Assembly (NCBI GenBank): GCA_963820525.1
Contig: CAWGAA010000001.1
Location: forward strand, 608,001 to 672,000
Length of the DNA: 64,000 nt
Reading direction: 5' to 3'
From: an uncultured Spirochaetota bacterium
GTDB lineage: Bacteria; Spirochaetota; Spirochaetia; SZUA-6; Fen-1364
Shown here: positions 40,682 to 49,261 of the stretch, one piece after another
How positions within the stretch are numbered: position 1 is the stretch's first letter
Layout of the letters: each line of letters opens with the position of its first letter
Notes under the pieces: model-generated
What the model was told of the DNA's origin: nothing
What the model saw: only the letters and a program-made list of their open reading frames with translations
Database searches by the model: none
Translations under genes and position numbers: made by a program

Positions 40682-42381
40682 CGGGCGTTTTCCTTTTCTG
40701 AACCGTACTTTTCAAGCAGCTCCCGGGCGTGCTGCAGTGAGAGGTCGCCCTTCCTGTCCCCCGCCAGCATCCTGGCGATCTCCTCCCTGCGGGCCGCGCC
40801 CGTTACCCTCTCCACGCGCGTGACGGTCCTGCCGCTGTTCGTCGCCTTCTCGATCCTGAGATGATTATCGGCACGGACGGCGATGGTGGCGAGATGCGTG
40901 ATGCACAGCACCTGCTTGTGCCGGGAGAGGGCATGCAGCCTCTCCCCGACGGAGAGGGCCACCTCTCCGCCGATTCCGACGTCCACCTCGTCGAAGATGA
41001 GGGTGCTCATGTGGTCGTTTTCTGCCAGGATCGACTTGATGGCGAGCATCACCCGGGAAAGCTCCCCTCCCGAGGCTATCGAGCGAAGCCTCTTGAAGGG
41101 CTCTCCCAGGTTGGGCGAGATCACGAATTCGATTGCATCCCTCCCCCAGGGGGTCACCACGGGGGTCCCATCCTGCTTCTGTGCGTCCTTGACCAGGACC
41201 CGGAAGCTCACCTTGGGCATGCCCAGCTCCTTGAGCTCCTCCTCGATCCTCTTCTGAAGCGCGGCGGCCGCGGCCCTCCGCTTCTGGGACAGCTCCTGGG
41301 CCATGGCGACGAGCAGGCTCTCGGTCTTTGCAATTTCAGCCTCGAGGTTCTTCTTCTCCTCTTCCCAGTTCTCCATGCCGGCAAGCTCCTGCTCGCCGGT
41401 CCGGCGGAACTCGAGGACGAGCTCGATGGTGTCCCCGTACTTCTTCTCGAGCGCCCTTATGGCGGCCAGCCGCTCCTGAACCTCCTCCAGCCTCCGGGGA
41501 TCGAACTCGGCCTTCTCCCGGTACTGGCGGACGTTCTCCGCGAAATCCTCGATCTCATAGAAGGCATCCTCCAGCTGGTGGGTGATCTTCGAGAGCCCTG
41601 GATCTATGCCGAGGATCTCGTCCATTGCGTGGCGGGCCCGGCGAAGGGAGGCCAGGGCTCCCCCTGCGCTCTCTGCCGTCGTGGAGTGCGCCTCCTCCAG
41701 CAGGGTGGAGAGCTTCTCGTGGTGTGCGAGGATTCCCAACTCCTTCTCCAGCTCCTCCTCCTCCCCCGGAGTGAGGGCGAGGGCCGTTATCTCTTTCACG
41801 GCGAAGTCCAGGATGTCCATGCGCCGGAGGCGCTCGCGCTCGTCGCTCACCAGCTTGGAAAGCCTCTCCCGAAGCGACGAGAGGGTGATGAACTGCCCGT
41901 GGAATCGGCGGGCCAGCTCCTCCGTTCCGCCGGAGCGGTCCACGAGCATGCGGTGGTTCTCCAGGTCCAGAAGCGACTGGTGCTCGTGCTGGCCGTGAAC
42001 GTCGAACATGAGGGATGAGAACTCGGCGAGGTCGGTGCGCGTGATCGGGGTGGACTGGATGTACACCGCCCCGCGGCCCGTGTTCTTCAGCACGCGCCGC
42101 ACGATCACGGTGCCGTCCTCAGGCTCGATTCCCTTGGAGGCGAGCCATTCGGCGGCCTCCCGGTTCTCCCGGACTCCCACGATCCCGGAGACTGCCGTCT
42201 CCTCGGCCCCGGATCGGATGATGGAGGTGTCCGTCTTGTCCCCCAGGAGAAGCCCCAGGGCCCCGATGAGGATCGACTTTCCCGCCCCCGTCTCGCCGGA
42301 GAGGATGTTCAGGCCCTCGGTGAAGCGCACGTCGAGCTTGTCGATGATGGCGTAGTTGTGGACGTGCAGCTCCTCAAGCAT
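40678..42381 (-). CDS. recN: DNA repair protein RecN
   Basis: MLEELHVHNYAII, SGETGAGKSI, VHGQHEHQ, IASGGELSR, FDEVDVGIGG; true start ATG 42381. Confidence 0.97.
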   Translation of the reverse strand: MLEELHVHNYAIIDKLDVRFTEGLNILSGETGAGKSILIGALGLLLGDKTDTSIIRSGAEETAVSGIVGVRENREAAEWLASKGIEPEDGTVIVRRVLKNTGRGAVYIQSTPITRTDLAEFSSLMFDVHGQHEHQSLLDLENHRMLVDRSGGTEELARRFHGQFITLSSLRERLSKLVSDERERLRRMDILDFAVKEITALALTPGEEEELEKELGILAHHEKLSTLLEEAHSTTAESAGGALASLRRARHAMDEILGIDPGLSKITHQLEDAFYEIEDFAENVRQYREKAEFDPRRLEEVQERLAAIRALEKKYGDTIELVLEFRRTGEQELAGMENWEEEKKNLEAEIAKTESLLVAMAQELSQKRRAAAAALQKRIEEELKELGMPKVSFRVLVKDAQKQDGTPVVTPWGRDAIEFVISPNLGEPFKRLRSIASGGELSRVMLAIKSILAENDHMSTLIFDEVDVGIGGEVALSVGERLHALSRHKQVLCITHLATIAVRADNHLRIEKATNSGRTVTRVERVTGAARREEIARMLAGDRKGDLSLQHARELLEKYGSEKENAR

Positions 42382-43237
42382 TGGGCTCTCCCGTCCAGTG
42401 GAGCTTGCTTCGAAGCACCTCGTAGAACGTCCGTTTGTCAGATCTGATGATGAGCGCCTTGTTTTTTGACGGCGAGATGCAGACGCTGTCCTTGGGGGCA
42501 AGGGGGAATGTCTCGTGGCCGTCCACCGTGAGCACGATCTCGGCCTTCTGCGGCTGTTCCACCTCGATACGGAGCGCCTCGGAGGCCGGGACCACCGTCG
42601 GCCTGTTGGAGAGGCTGAAGGGACAGATGGGGGTGAGGATGAACGCCTCCATCTCCGGGTGAACGATGGGGCCTCCCGCCGCCATTGAGTAGGCCGTGGA
42701 ACCGGTCGGGGTGGCAACGATGACCCCGTCCGCCCTGTAGCCGCCGACGTAGGTGTCGGAGAGGAAGACCTTGAGGCGGATCATGCGCGACTTGCCCATG
42801 ATGGCGATCACGGCCTCGTTGAGGCCCTGGAAGGCGGCGGCCTCCCTCCCCTGCCTGCGCACCGAGACGGAGAGCATGAGCCGCTCGCTTATCCCCAGCT
42901 CGCCGCGGAGGAACTTCTCCAGCGTCGGCACCAGCTCGCTCTTGGAGACCTCGGTAATGAACCCGAAGTCCCCCATGTTCACGGCCAGGATGGGGATCTC
43001 CCTGTCCGCCAGGAGCCGGGCGCAGGCCAGGAGCGTGCCGTCGCCGCCAAGCGATACCGCCAGGTCCACCTCGGTGAGGCTTTCCCGCGGGATGGAGCCC
43101 GCGAAATCCACGGGAATCGTCTCCCCGCCCTCTCGATGAGTGAACTCCGTTATCGCCCGCACCACCGCCGCAACATCCGGCTTCTGCGAGTTTATGACAA
43201 TGAGAACCTTGCGGATTTTTCCCTGCTTGGCCGCCAT
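42374..43237 (-). CDS. nadK: NAD(+) kinase
   Basis: GGDGTLL, LNE, DGVIVATPTGSTAYSMAAGGP; start ATG 43237. Confidence 0.96.
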   Translation of the reverse strand: MAAKQGKIRKVLIVINSQKPDVAAVVRAITEFTHREGGETIPVDFAGSIPRESLTEVDLAVSLGGDGTLLACARLLADREIPILAVNMGDFGFITEVSKSELVPTLEKFLRGELGISERLMLSVSVRRQGREAAAFQGLNEAVIAIMGKSRMIRLKVFLSDTYVGGYRADGVIVATPTGSTAYSMAAGGPIVHPEMEAFILTPICPFSLSNRPTVVPASEALRIEVEQPQKAEIVLTVDGHETFPLAPKDSVCISPSKNKALIIRSDKRTFYEVLRSKLHWTGEPNA

Positions 43238-43247
43238 TCGTGGAACA

Positions 43248-43276
43248 ACTATAGTGGCGGAAAGAAATGTTGTAAA
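43248..43276 (-). promoter_or_regulatory. sigma70 promoter for nadK-recN
   Basis: TTTACA (43276-43271), 17 nt, TATAGT (43253-43248), 10 nt before the ATG. Confidence 0.65.
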
Positions 43277-43296
43277 GTTGGATGCCCGCCGCGGCC

Positions 43297-44322
43297 TTAC
43301 GGTATCGTGGCAAGCACCTTCTGGACCGACTCCACTTCCCGGCGCCCCAGCATGGGGTACAGGGGGAACATGAGCACGCGCAGCATCAGAGAGCGCGCGT
43401 TGGGGCAGGGGAAATCGGCGGCATCGTCGCGCGACACGGCGGCCTCGGCAAAGGCCGGCTCCGTTTCCACGCCCTTCTTCATCGCGTACTGGCGCACGTC
43501 CTTCATCCCGTCGGCCAGGACCACGGGAAAGGCGCACAGCACGATCTCGGCCTCGCCCTTCTGGATCAGGGATTTGTGCCGCGACTTCATGAGGGACTGC
43601 ATGTAGGCGCCCTGGATCTCCCGGCGGGCGGTGATGAACCTGTCTATCCCGTGAGCCTGGGAGAGACCGAGGGCCGCGTTCATGTCGGCCAGAGGGGAAT
43701 ACAGCGGGGACTGCTCCGCTATGCGCTTGAGCTGGGCAGCGGCGCTGCGCGACCGTGCAAGGACCAGGGCGCCGCCGCCGCAGGTGATGATGTCCTCGGG
43801 GGCGAGGGAAAGGACGCACAGATCGCCCGAGCTTCCGCAGGGAGTCTCGCCCCACTTTCCCCCCAGGGCCTGGGAGCAATCCTCGACGATCGGGATGCCG
43901 AACACTTTCAGGGCTTCCACGTCGGCCAGGAGGCCCAGGGTATGGTGGGCCACGATCGCCTTGGGGCCGCGGCCCACGAGCTTCTCCACCTCCTTGGGAT
44001 CGATGAGGCCGGATTCCGGCTCCACGTCGGCCAGGAGCGGGACAAGGCCCCTGTCCCTGGCCACCCTCACCTGCAGGGCAGGACACAGGGCCGACAGCAC
44101 CACGGCATCCCCGGGGGCAAGGCCGAGTGATTCGAATGCGAGGGAGAGCGCGAGGTAGGGATGGGAAACCGACACGCCGCCCGAGGTTCCCAGCACTGCG
44201 GAGACCTTGGATACCAGCTCCCGCGAGATCTCCCCGGGCCCGATGCGATCCGATACGATACAGGAAAGCACGCTTCCCATATCCCTGCGTTTGACCGTGG
44301 GTCGAAAGATAGAAATCGCCAT
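43297..44322 (-). CDS. DegT/DnrJ/EryC1/StrS-fold protein (PLP-binding Lys apparently absent)
   Basis: LGLAPGDAVV, LADVE, IVEDCSQALG, PLYP; the canonical SFxxxK..TxGEGG region reads SLAPEDIITCGGGA. Confidence 0.85.
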   Translation of the reverse strand: MAISIFRPTVKRRDMGSVLSCIVSDRIGPGEISRELVSKVSAVLGTSGGVSVSHPYLALSLAFESLGLAPGDAVVLSALCPALQVRVARDRGLVPLLADVEPESGLIDPKEVEKLVGRGPKAIVAHHTLGLLADVEALKVFGIPIVEDCSQALGGKWGETPCGSSGDLCVLSLAPEDIITCGGGALVLARSRSAAAQLKRIAEQSPLYSPLADMNAALGLSQAHGIDRFITARREIQGAYMQSLMKSRHKSLIQKGEAEIVLCAFPVVLADGMKDVRQYAMKKGVETEPAFAEAAVSRDDAADFPCPNARSLMLRVLMFPLYPMLGRREVESVQKVLATIP

Positions 44323-44344
44323 AGTGTCTCGAGGTGTCCGCTTT

Positions 44345-44821
44345 CTATACGAGCGCGCTCAGGCTCTGCAGCTCCCGCGGATTGAACAGGCGCCTGGTAT
44401 TGAGGATGACGAGGTAGCCGTCCTCACCGCTCACCACGCTCTGGATGTACTCCGAGCCGATGCCCGACATCATCTGGGGCGGGGGCTGCAGCTCGGAGGC
44501 ATTAATAGTGAGGACGCGAAGGATTTTGTCAATAACGATGCCCAGCTCCCTGGCGCTCACCGTGATGACCAGGATTCCTCCGGGGTCGCTCTCCTCGTCC
44601 TCGACGGGAAGGGGGGCGATCTGGAACCTCTGGTGCAGGTCAATGATGGGAATGATCCTCCCGCGCAGGTTCAGGAGGCCCTGCACCCAGGGGGGAGCGT
44701 TGGGGATGGGCCGAACCTCCTGGTTTCGCACGATCTCCTTCACCTCCATGATGTCGATCCCGTACTTCTCGTTTCCGATCTGGAAGGTGACGAGCTGCAG
44801 CTGATTGTCGATTTCTGCCAT
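44345..44821 (-). CDS. cheW: Chemotaxis protein CheW
   Basis: QLVTFQIGNEKYGIDIMEVKEI, IPNAPPWVQGLLNLRGRIIPIIDL; start ATG 44821. Confidence 0.95.
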   Translation of the reverse strand: MAEIDNQLQLVTFQIGNEKYGIDIMEVKEIVRNQEVRPIPNAPPWVQGLLNLRGRIIPIIDLHQRFQIAPLPVEDEESDPGGILVITVSARELGIVIDKILRVLTINASELQPPPQMMSGIGSEYIQSVVSGEDGYLVILNTRRLFNPRELQSLSALV

Positions 44822-44832
44822 GGCGGACTCCC

Positions 44833-45498
44833 CTATTCCTCGAATCCCCCTTCTCCGATGAGGGGAACGAACCGGCACCCGATGCTCTCCCGCGTCTCGA
44901 TGCGGCTGCCTGTCCTTGTTACTATCACAAGAACCTGAGAAAATCGATAGTCCCCGACGGGGACCACCATGACGCCGTTGTCCGCCAGCTGCGCGGCCAG
45001 GGCCCCCGGCACGGCCGGTGCGGCGGCGGTCACGATGATGCGGTCGAAGGGAGCCTTCCCCGGGAGGCCCTCTCCGCCGTCTCCCAACACAAGGCGGATG
45101 TTTCCGTAGCCCAGCTCCTCCAGCGTACGCCGGGCGGATACAAAGAGCTCCGGCACCCGCTCTATCGTATATACCTGGGAGGCCAGTTCCGCAAGGATGG
45201 CGGTCTGGTAGCCGCTTCCCGTGCCTATCTCCAGCACCCTCTCGCGCCCCGACAGCCGGAGCGCCTCCGTCATGAACGCAACCATGTAGGGCTGGGAGAT
45301 CGTCTGGCCGTGGCCGAGGGAGACGGGAAAATCGCCGTAGGCCTCCCCCTTGTGCCCGGATGAAACGAAGAGGTGCCGCGGCACGCGGCGCATGGCATCC
45401 AGCACCCGCGCGTCCTTGATTCCCCGCGCCTCCAGCTGGAGCTTCACCATGCGCTCCGCGGCGTTGTGCTCCAGGTGACCGTCTTCCACGCTCCCCAC
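44833..45498 (-). CDS. pcm: Protein-L-isoaspartate O-methyltransferase
   Basis: VPRHLFV, QTISQPYMVA, VLEIGTGSGYQ, APFDRIIVTAA, RFVPL. Confidence 0.96.
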   Translation of the reverse strand: MGSVEDGHLEHNAAERMVKLQLEARGIKDARVLDAMRRVPRHLFVSSGHKGEAYGDFPVSLGHGQTISQPYMVAFMTEALRLSGRERVLEIGTGSGYQTAILAELASQVYTIERVPELFVSARRTLEELGYGNIRLVLGDGGEGLPGKAPFDRIIVTAAAPAVPGALAAQLADNGVMVVPVGDYRFSQVLVIVTRTGSRIETRESIGCRFVPLIGEGGFEE

Positions 45499-45511
45499 CG
45501 ATCCGCCGGGG

Positions 45512-46372
45512 CTAGAAAACTACCAGGACCGGGACCTCGCTTCGCCGGATGAGATGGGCAGCCGTCGGGCCGAGCAGGTAGTCCCTGATCTTGTGCTTTC
45601 CATGGGCGCCGATCATGATGATGTCGGCCTTCTCCCTCGCCGCCACCCGGGGGATCGTGTCGACGGGCTTTCCTTCCTCCAGGAGGAACCTGTAGTGTAT
45701 GCCATGGGTGCTGAGGTAGGACAGCTCGGTGTCGAAGGGGAAGCTTTCCTCCATTTCCTCGGCCACCGTCAGAACGACCACCTCTTCCCAGATCCCGCCC
45801 AGTGCGTTCACGCAGAACTGGAGGGCGCTTTCCGCCGCCGGGCTTCCGTCGTAGGGGAAGAGCATCCTGTGGGGGCTCGTGAAGGCCCTTGGGCACACGA
45901 GGACGGGCCGCGGCGAGCTGCGCACCACGTCTTCCGTGGTGGATCCCACGATCGCCCGGTCTATATGGGCGTTCTCCCCCTTCTGCCCGATCACCAGCAT
46001 GTCTCCCGAGCGGGCTTCCTCCGCCAGGACCGCGGACGGCAGCCCCTCGCGCAGCACCGCGGCGAGCTTGACCGTGCGCTCTTCGGCGTCCTTCCTGCAT
46101 TTCTCGAGGCAGTTCTCCGCGAAGGTGCGGATATCGCTCTTGACCTTGTCGTAGAACTCCTTCAGCTCGGGCTCGGGAGGGACATAGACACGCTCGAAGC
46201 CGTAGTCGAAGTGGCTGGCCGTGTAGATGATGGGGAGATCGGTCTTTCGGGAGTCGATTGCGAAAACTACCTTGATCTCCGCGCGTGTCCTCGCCGCAAG
46301 ATCGAGCGCGTACTGGTAGGCTGTCAGGGAGTACAGCGACCCGTCGATGCCCGCGACGATCTGGCCGATCAC
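45512..46372 (-). CDS. Tandem-domain universal stress protein
   Basis: IVAGIDGS...VGSTTEDVVR and PYDGS...GAHG...LGPTA...PVLV. Confidence 0.92.
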   Translation of the reverse strand: MIGQIVAGIDGSLYSLTAYQYALDLAARTRAEIKVVFAIDSRKTDLPIIYTASHFDYGFERVYVPPEPELKEFYDKVKSDIRTFAENCLEKCRKDAEERTVKLAAVLREGLPSAVLAEEARSGDMLVIGQKGENAHIDRAIVGSTTEDVVRSSPRPVLVCPRAFTSPHRMLFPYDGSPAAESALQFCVNALGGIWEEVVVLTVAEEMEESFPFDTELSYLSTHGIHYRFLLEEGKPVDTIPRVAAREKADIIMIGAHGKHKIRDYLLGPTAAHLIRRSEVPVLVVF

Positions 46373-46578
46373 GTCCTGGCCCCTCCCTTCCCCTCCCCCG
46401 GATTGCTTTCTTGCAGTATCGAGTCCTTCGCGTGAAGCTTCGATACCTTATACTGCTTCAAGAGCAGCCGGATGGCATCGTTCACACCCTCGGTGCGGTT
46501 GGCGTAGTAGCCCTCCCGCACCATCTCGTCGATGCCCTCCATCAGCTCGGTCGACGTCTCCACGTATGTTTTGGACAC
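46369..46578 (-). CDS. Ribbon-helix-helix (CopG/ParD-like) small DNA-binding protein
   Basis: From GTG 46578 (GGGAGGG SD): SKTYVETSTELMEGIDEMVREGYYANRTEGVNDAIRLL, matching the GxYxNRSExIRxAxR RHH pattern; promoter TTGCAG-18-TAGAAT at 46643-46614. Confidence 0.78.
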   Translation of the reverse strand: MSKTYVETSTELMEGIDEMVREGYYANRTEGVNDAIRLLLKQYKVSKLHAKDSILQESNPGEGKGGART

Positions 46579-46706
46579 GAAAGCACCCTCCCCTCTGTCG
46601 GTCTCAAGGAAAGATTCTACTCCGAGGAAGTGGTTTCCTGCAAGAAGAATAAGGCGGCAAGGGATTCCCGCCTCCTTGCGCGGTCGGGACCCGACGCTGC
46701 AAATAT

Positions 46707-46738
46707 AAAAAAATAGGGGATAGGTAACACCTATCCCC
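46707..46738 (-). terminator. Intrinsic terminator
   Basis: Perfect 10-bp stem GGGGATAGGT/ACCTATCCCC (46716-46738), followed on the minus strand by TA and T7. Confidence 0.85.
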
Positions 46739-46807
46739 CTACGAGACAAAGGGGCAAGGAAAGGAGGTGAAACTTACCCCACTGAAATCACTGTTCAGCT
46801 ATGTCTC
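46707..46807 (-). ncRNA. Candidate small RNA with an exposed anti-Shine-Dalgarno loop
   Basis: Extended -10 TGtTTTAAT; closing stem GAGACA/UGUCUC; hairpin GGGGUAAG-[UUUCACCUCCUUUC]-CUUGCCCC; intrinsic terminator. Confidence 0.65.
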
Positions 46808-46825
46808 TGAAAATTAAAACACCGG

Positions 46826-46843
46826 TGTCACTGTATAGTTACA
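46826..46843. promoter_or_regulatory. Operator-like palindrome TGTCAC-N6-GTTACA
   Basis: Near-perfect inverted repeat just upstream of the candidate sRNA -10 box (46818-46813). Confidence 0.45.
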
Positions 46844-46849
46844 GACCTC

Positions 46850-47617
46850 CTAGTGAAGAAAGCTCTGCAGGGCGCCAAGGAAGGCCTCCGGCGCGCTCAC
46901 GTGCAGCCAGTGGTCCCCCTCGGGGATTCTTTGAACGATTGCCCGGGCAAAAGAGAGGCGGATTGCGGCCAGATCCTCCTCTTTCACGGACGAAGACCTG
47001 CCGCCGAGAAGGAACAGGGCCTCGCCTCCAAATGCGCCCTCTCCCAAGGGAAAATCCCCAAATATCCGCGCATTCTCCAATGCCCCGACATTCACCCGCC
47101 ACCGGTAGCCGGCGCCGGAGCGCACGGCATTGGTCAGGAGGAAAGCCCGTAGCCGCTGCTCGGGAATGAGCGGCGAGATGAGCGCGTCAAGCTCGGCCCG
47201 GGACCGGCAGGCGCTGATGTCGGTGTGAAGCGCCGCGAACTCCTGTTCGTGGTCCACGGGATAGGGCTTTGGCGCGATGTCCACGACGACCAGCCTCTCG
47301 GTGAGCTCGGGATGCCGGATCGCGAATCCCATAGCCACAAGCCCCCCCATTGAATGCCCGACAAGGGCAATCGGTGCGTGCCGGTGATCTTCCGCCCAGC
47401 GGCGCACATCGGATACGCAGTCGGCGAGGGTGTTCGACGGATCATGGGGAGAGTCGCCGTGATTGCGCAGGTCAAGGGCGTAGCAGTGCGCCAGGGAAGT
47501 CAGCCGCCGTCCCATTCCGACCCAGTTCTGGGAAGAGCCGAACAGGCCGTGGAGAATGACGAGAGGCCTGCCCTGGCCGCCAAAGTCCCGGAAGGCAAGC
47601 TCGAGGCCCCCGGTCAT
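46850..47617 (-). CDS. Alpha/beta-fold hydrolase (YbfF/ABHD11-like esterase)
   Basis: LHGLFGSSQNW, DLRNHGDSPH, GHSMGG, HWLH; start ATG 47617. Confidence 0.92.
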   Translation of the reverse strand: MTGGLELAFRDFGGQGRPLVILHGLFGSSQNWVGMGRRLTSLAHCYALDLRNHGDSPHDPSNTLADCVSDVRRWAEDHRHAPIALVGHSMGGLVAMGFAIRHPELTERLVVVDIAPKPYPVDHEQEFAALHTDISACRSRAELDALISPLIPEQRLRAFLLTNAVRSGAGYRWRVNVGALENARIFGDFPLGEGAFGGEALFLLGGRSSSVKEEDLAAIRLSFARAIVQRIPEGDHWLHVSAPEAFLGALQSFLH

Positions 47618-47654
47618 GGCGACAACCGCGCCTTCACGGCGCCAGCCTTGCCTT

Positions 47655-48365
47655 CTATGGCGTAAGCCTTGCCTTCCATGGCGCCAGCCTTCCCCAGACG
47701 ACGGCGTCCCGCCCATGGCTTTCCCATTCGGCCTGCTCGAGCTCGACGGGAAGCGGGGAACCGCTCGCGGCCGGAAAGAGGGGGTATCCGTCCATATAGA
47801 ACGGCGCCACGGTGATGACGGCCTGGGCCGCGAAGCCCCCAGCCAGAAACGAAGAGAGCACTCCCGCCCCGCCCTCCACCATGACCGATCCGATTCCCTC
47901 GGCATCGAGGGCGGCGAGCACTTCGGCCAGGTCCAGCCCCGCGCCGGTCGCCTCGACGCGAAAGAGCCGGGCTCCGCGCCGGACGAGCTCGCTTCCTCCA
48001 TCTCCCGGCGCCTCGCTGTGGAAGATCCAGGGCTTCATGTCCTCCCGGCTCATGAGCCGCGAGGCCGCGGGGGTGCGCAGGCGCGAATCGAGGACAATGG
48101 GCCTCGGCTGAGGCCCCTCGGCAAACCGCACCGAGAGAAGGGGATCGTCGGCCAGCACCGTGCCGATCCCGACCAGGATTGCCGCATGGAGGCTGCGAAG
48201 GCGATGCGTGAGAGCGAGGGATTCGCTGGAGCTCAACGGGAATGGAGTGCCTCTTGCCCCGGATATCATCGCGTTGAGTGTCTGGGCCCAGCTCAGGGTG
48301 AGGACGGGGCGTCCCTTCCGCCCTCCCCGCCCTTCCAGCACGCCAATGACCCGCTCGACGATCAT
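47655..48365 (-). CDS. RibD C-terminal-type reductase
   Basis: HRLRSLHAAILVGIGTVLADDPLL, LDSRLRTP, VMVEGGA. Confidence 0.85.
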   Translation of the reverse strand: MIVERVIGVLEGRGGRKGRPVLTLSWAQTLNAMISGARGTPFPLSSSESLALTHRLRSLHAAILVGIGTVLADDPLLSVRFAEGPQPRPIVLDSRLRTPAASRLMSREDMKPWIFHSEAPGDGGSELVRRGARLFRVEATGAGLDLAEVLAALDAEGIGSVMVEGGAGVLSSFLAGGFAAQAVITVAPFYMDGYPLFPAASGSPLPVELEQAEWESHGRDAVVWGRLAPWKARLTP

Positions 48366-48485
48366 GCTCCCATGCTATCGGATGCGGCGCCGCGTGTAAA
48401 CGAATGCGTGCCGGGCCGACCCTTGACTTTTCCCGAGATTCAATATACAGTTTATCATATATAGATATCTACAAAGGAGATCTCC

Positions 48486-49148
48486 ATGGCCCTGATACAG
48501 GAAAAAGACGCGAAGATAGTAAAGGAGAGGCTGGCAAAGCTTTCCTCCCCCGTCACCCTGGCCGTCTTCACGCAGGAGTTCGAGTGCGACTATTGCCGTG
48601 AAACGCGCGAGCTTGCCGAGGAAGTGGCGGGCCTGGCCGGCGGCAAGGTGAAAGTCGAGGTCTACGATTTCCTCAAGGACAAGCCGAAAGCGGAAAGCCT
48701 CGCCATCGACAAGATTCCCGCCATCGCGGTCCTCTCCGACGGCGGCGAGGATCGGGGGATCCGCTTCTTCGGGATCCCCGCGGGATACGAGTTCGCTTCG
48801 CTTCTTGAAACCATTGAGATGATGTCGCGGGGCAGCTCCGGCCTTTCCCCGGCCTCCCGCGAGAAGCTGGCCTCTCTCAAGGACCCCCTCGCCCTCCAGG
48901 TATTCGTGACCCCCACCTGCCCCTACTGCCCCCGCGCGGTGGTGCTGGCGTTCAAGCTCGCCATGGAGTCGAAGCTCGTGACCGCCTCCATGGTGGAGGC
49001 CACCGAGTTCCCCCACCTCGCCAATAAGTACCAGGTCTCGGGGGTCCCGCATACGGTGATAGGAGAAAGCCCCCAGCCCATGATCGGGGCCTATCCCGAG
49101 GCAGCCGCGGTGGACTTCGTGCTTGCCTCTGTTCAGGGAGGAAAGTAG
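48486..49148 (+). CDS. Protein-disulfide oxidoreductase (two thioredoxin folds)
   Basis: CDYC and CPYC motifs, GIPAGYEF, VSGVP; promoter TTGACT-17-TACAGT at 48423-48451. Confidence 0.9.
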   Translation: MALIQEKDAKIVKERLAKLSSPVTLAVFTQEFECDYCRETRELAEEVAGLAGGKVKVEVYDFLKDKPKAESLAIDKIPAIAVLSDGGEDRGIRFFGIPAGYEFASLLETIEMMSRGSSGLSPASREKLASLKDPLALQVFVTPTCPYCPRAVVLAFKLAMESKLVTASMVEATEFPHLANKYQVSGVPHTVIGESPQPMIGAYPEAAAVDFVLASVQGGK

Positions 49149-49261
49149 AGCATCCCTCACGCGCCGAGCTTCCCCTGCGCCTGTGGACATCGCCAGGGGC
49201 CGATGGTATATAATTAAGCCATAGGATAATGCCTCGAGCTAATTCGGGGCGGGGGAACAGC

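Noticed and set aside
41121..41130. Third TCACGAATTC copy
   Set aside because: Lies inside the recN coding sequence (IEFVI) without the flanking stem; coincidental.
40678..44086. Extended ORF-track versions of recN (679 aa) and nadK (570 aa) suggesting fusions
   Set aside because: The extensions overlap upstream genes in other frames; family N-termini begin at 42381 and 43237.
46707..46807. 16S rRNA 3'-end fragment
   Set aside because: Only the 12-nt anti-SD matches; the helix-45 sequence that precedes it in 16S is absent.
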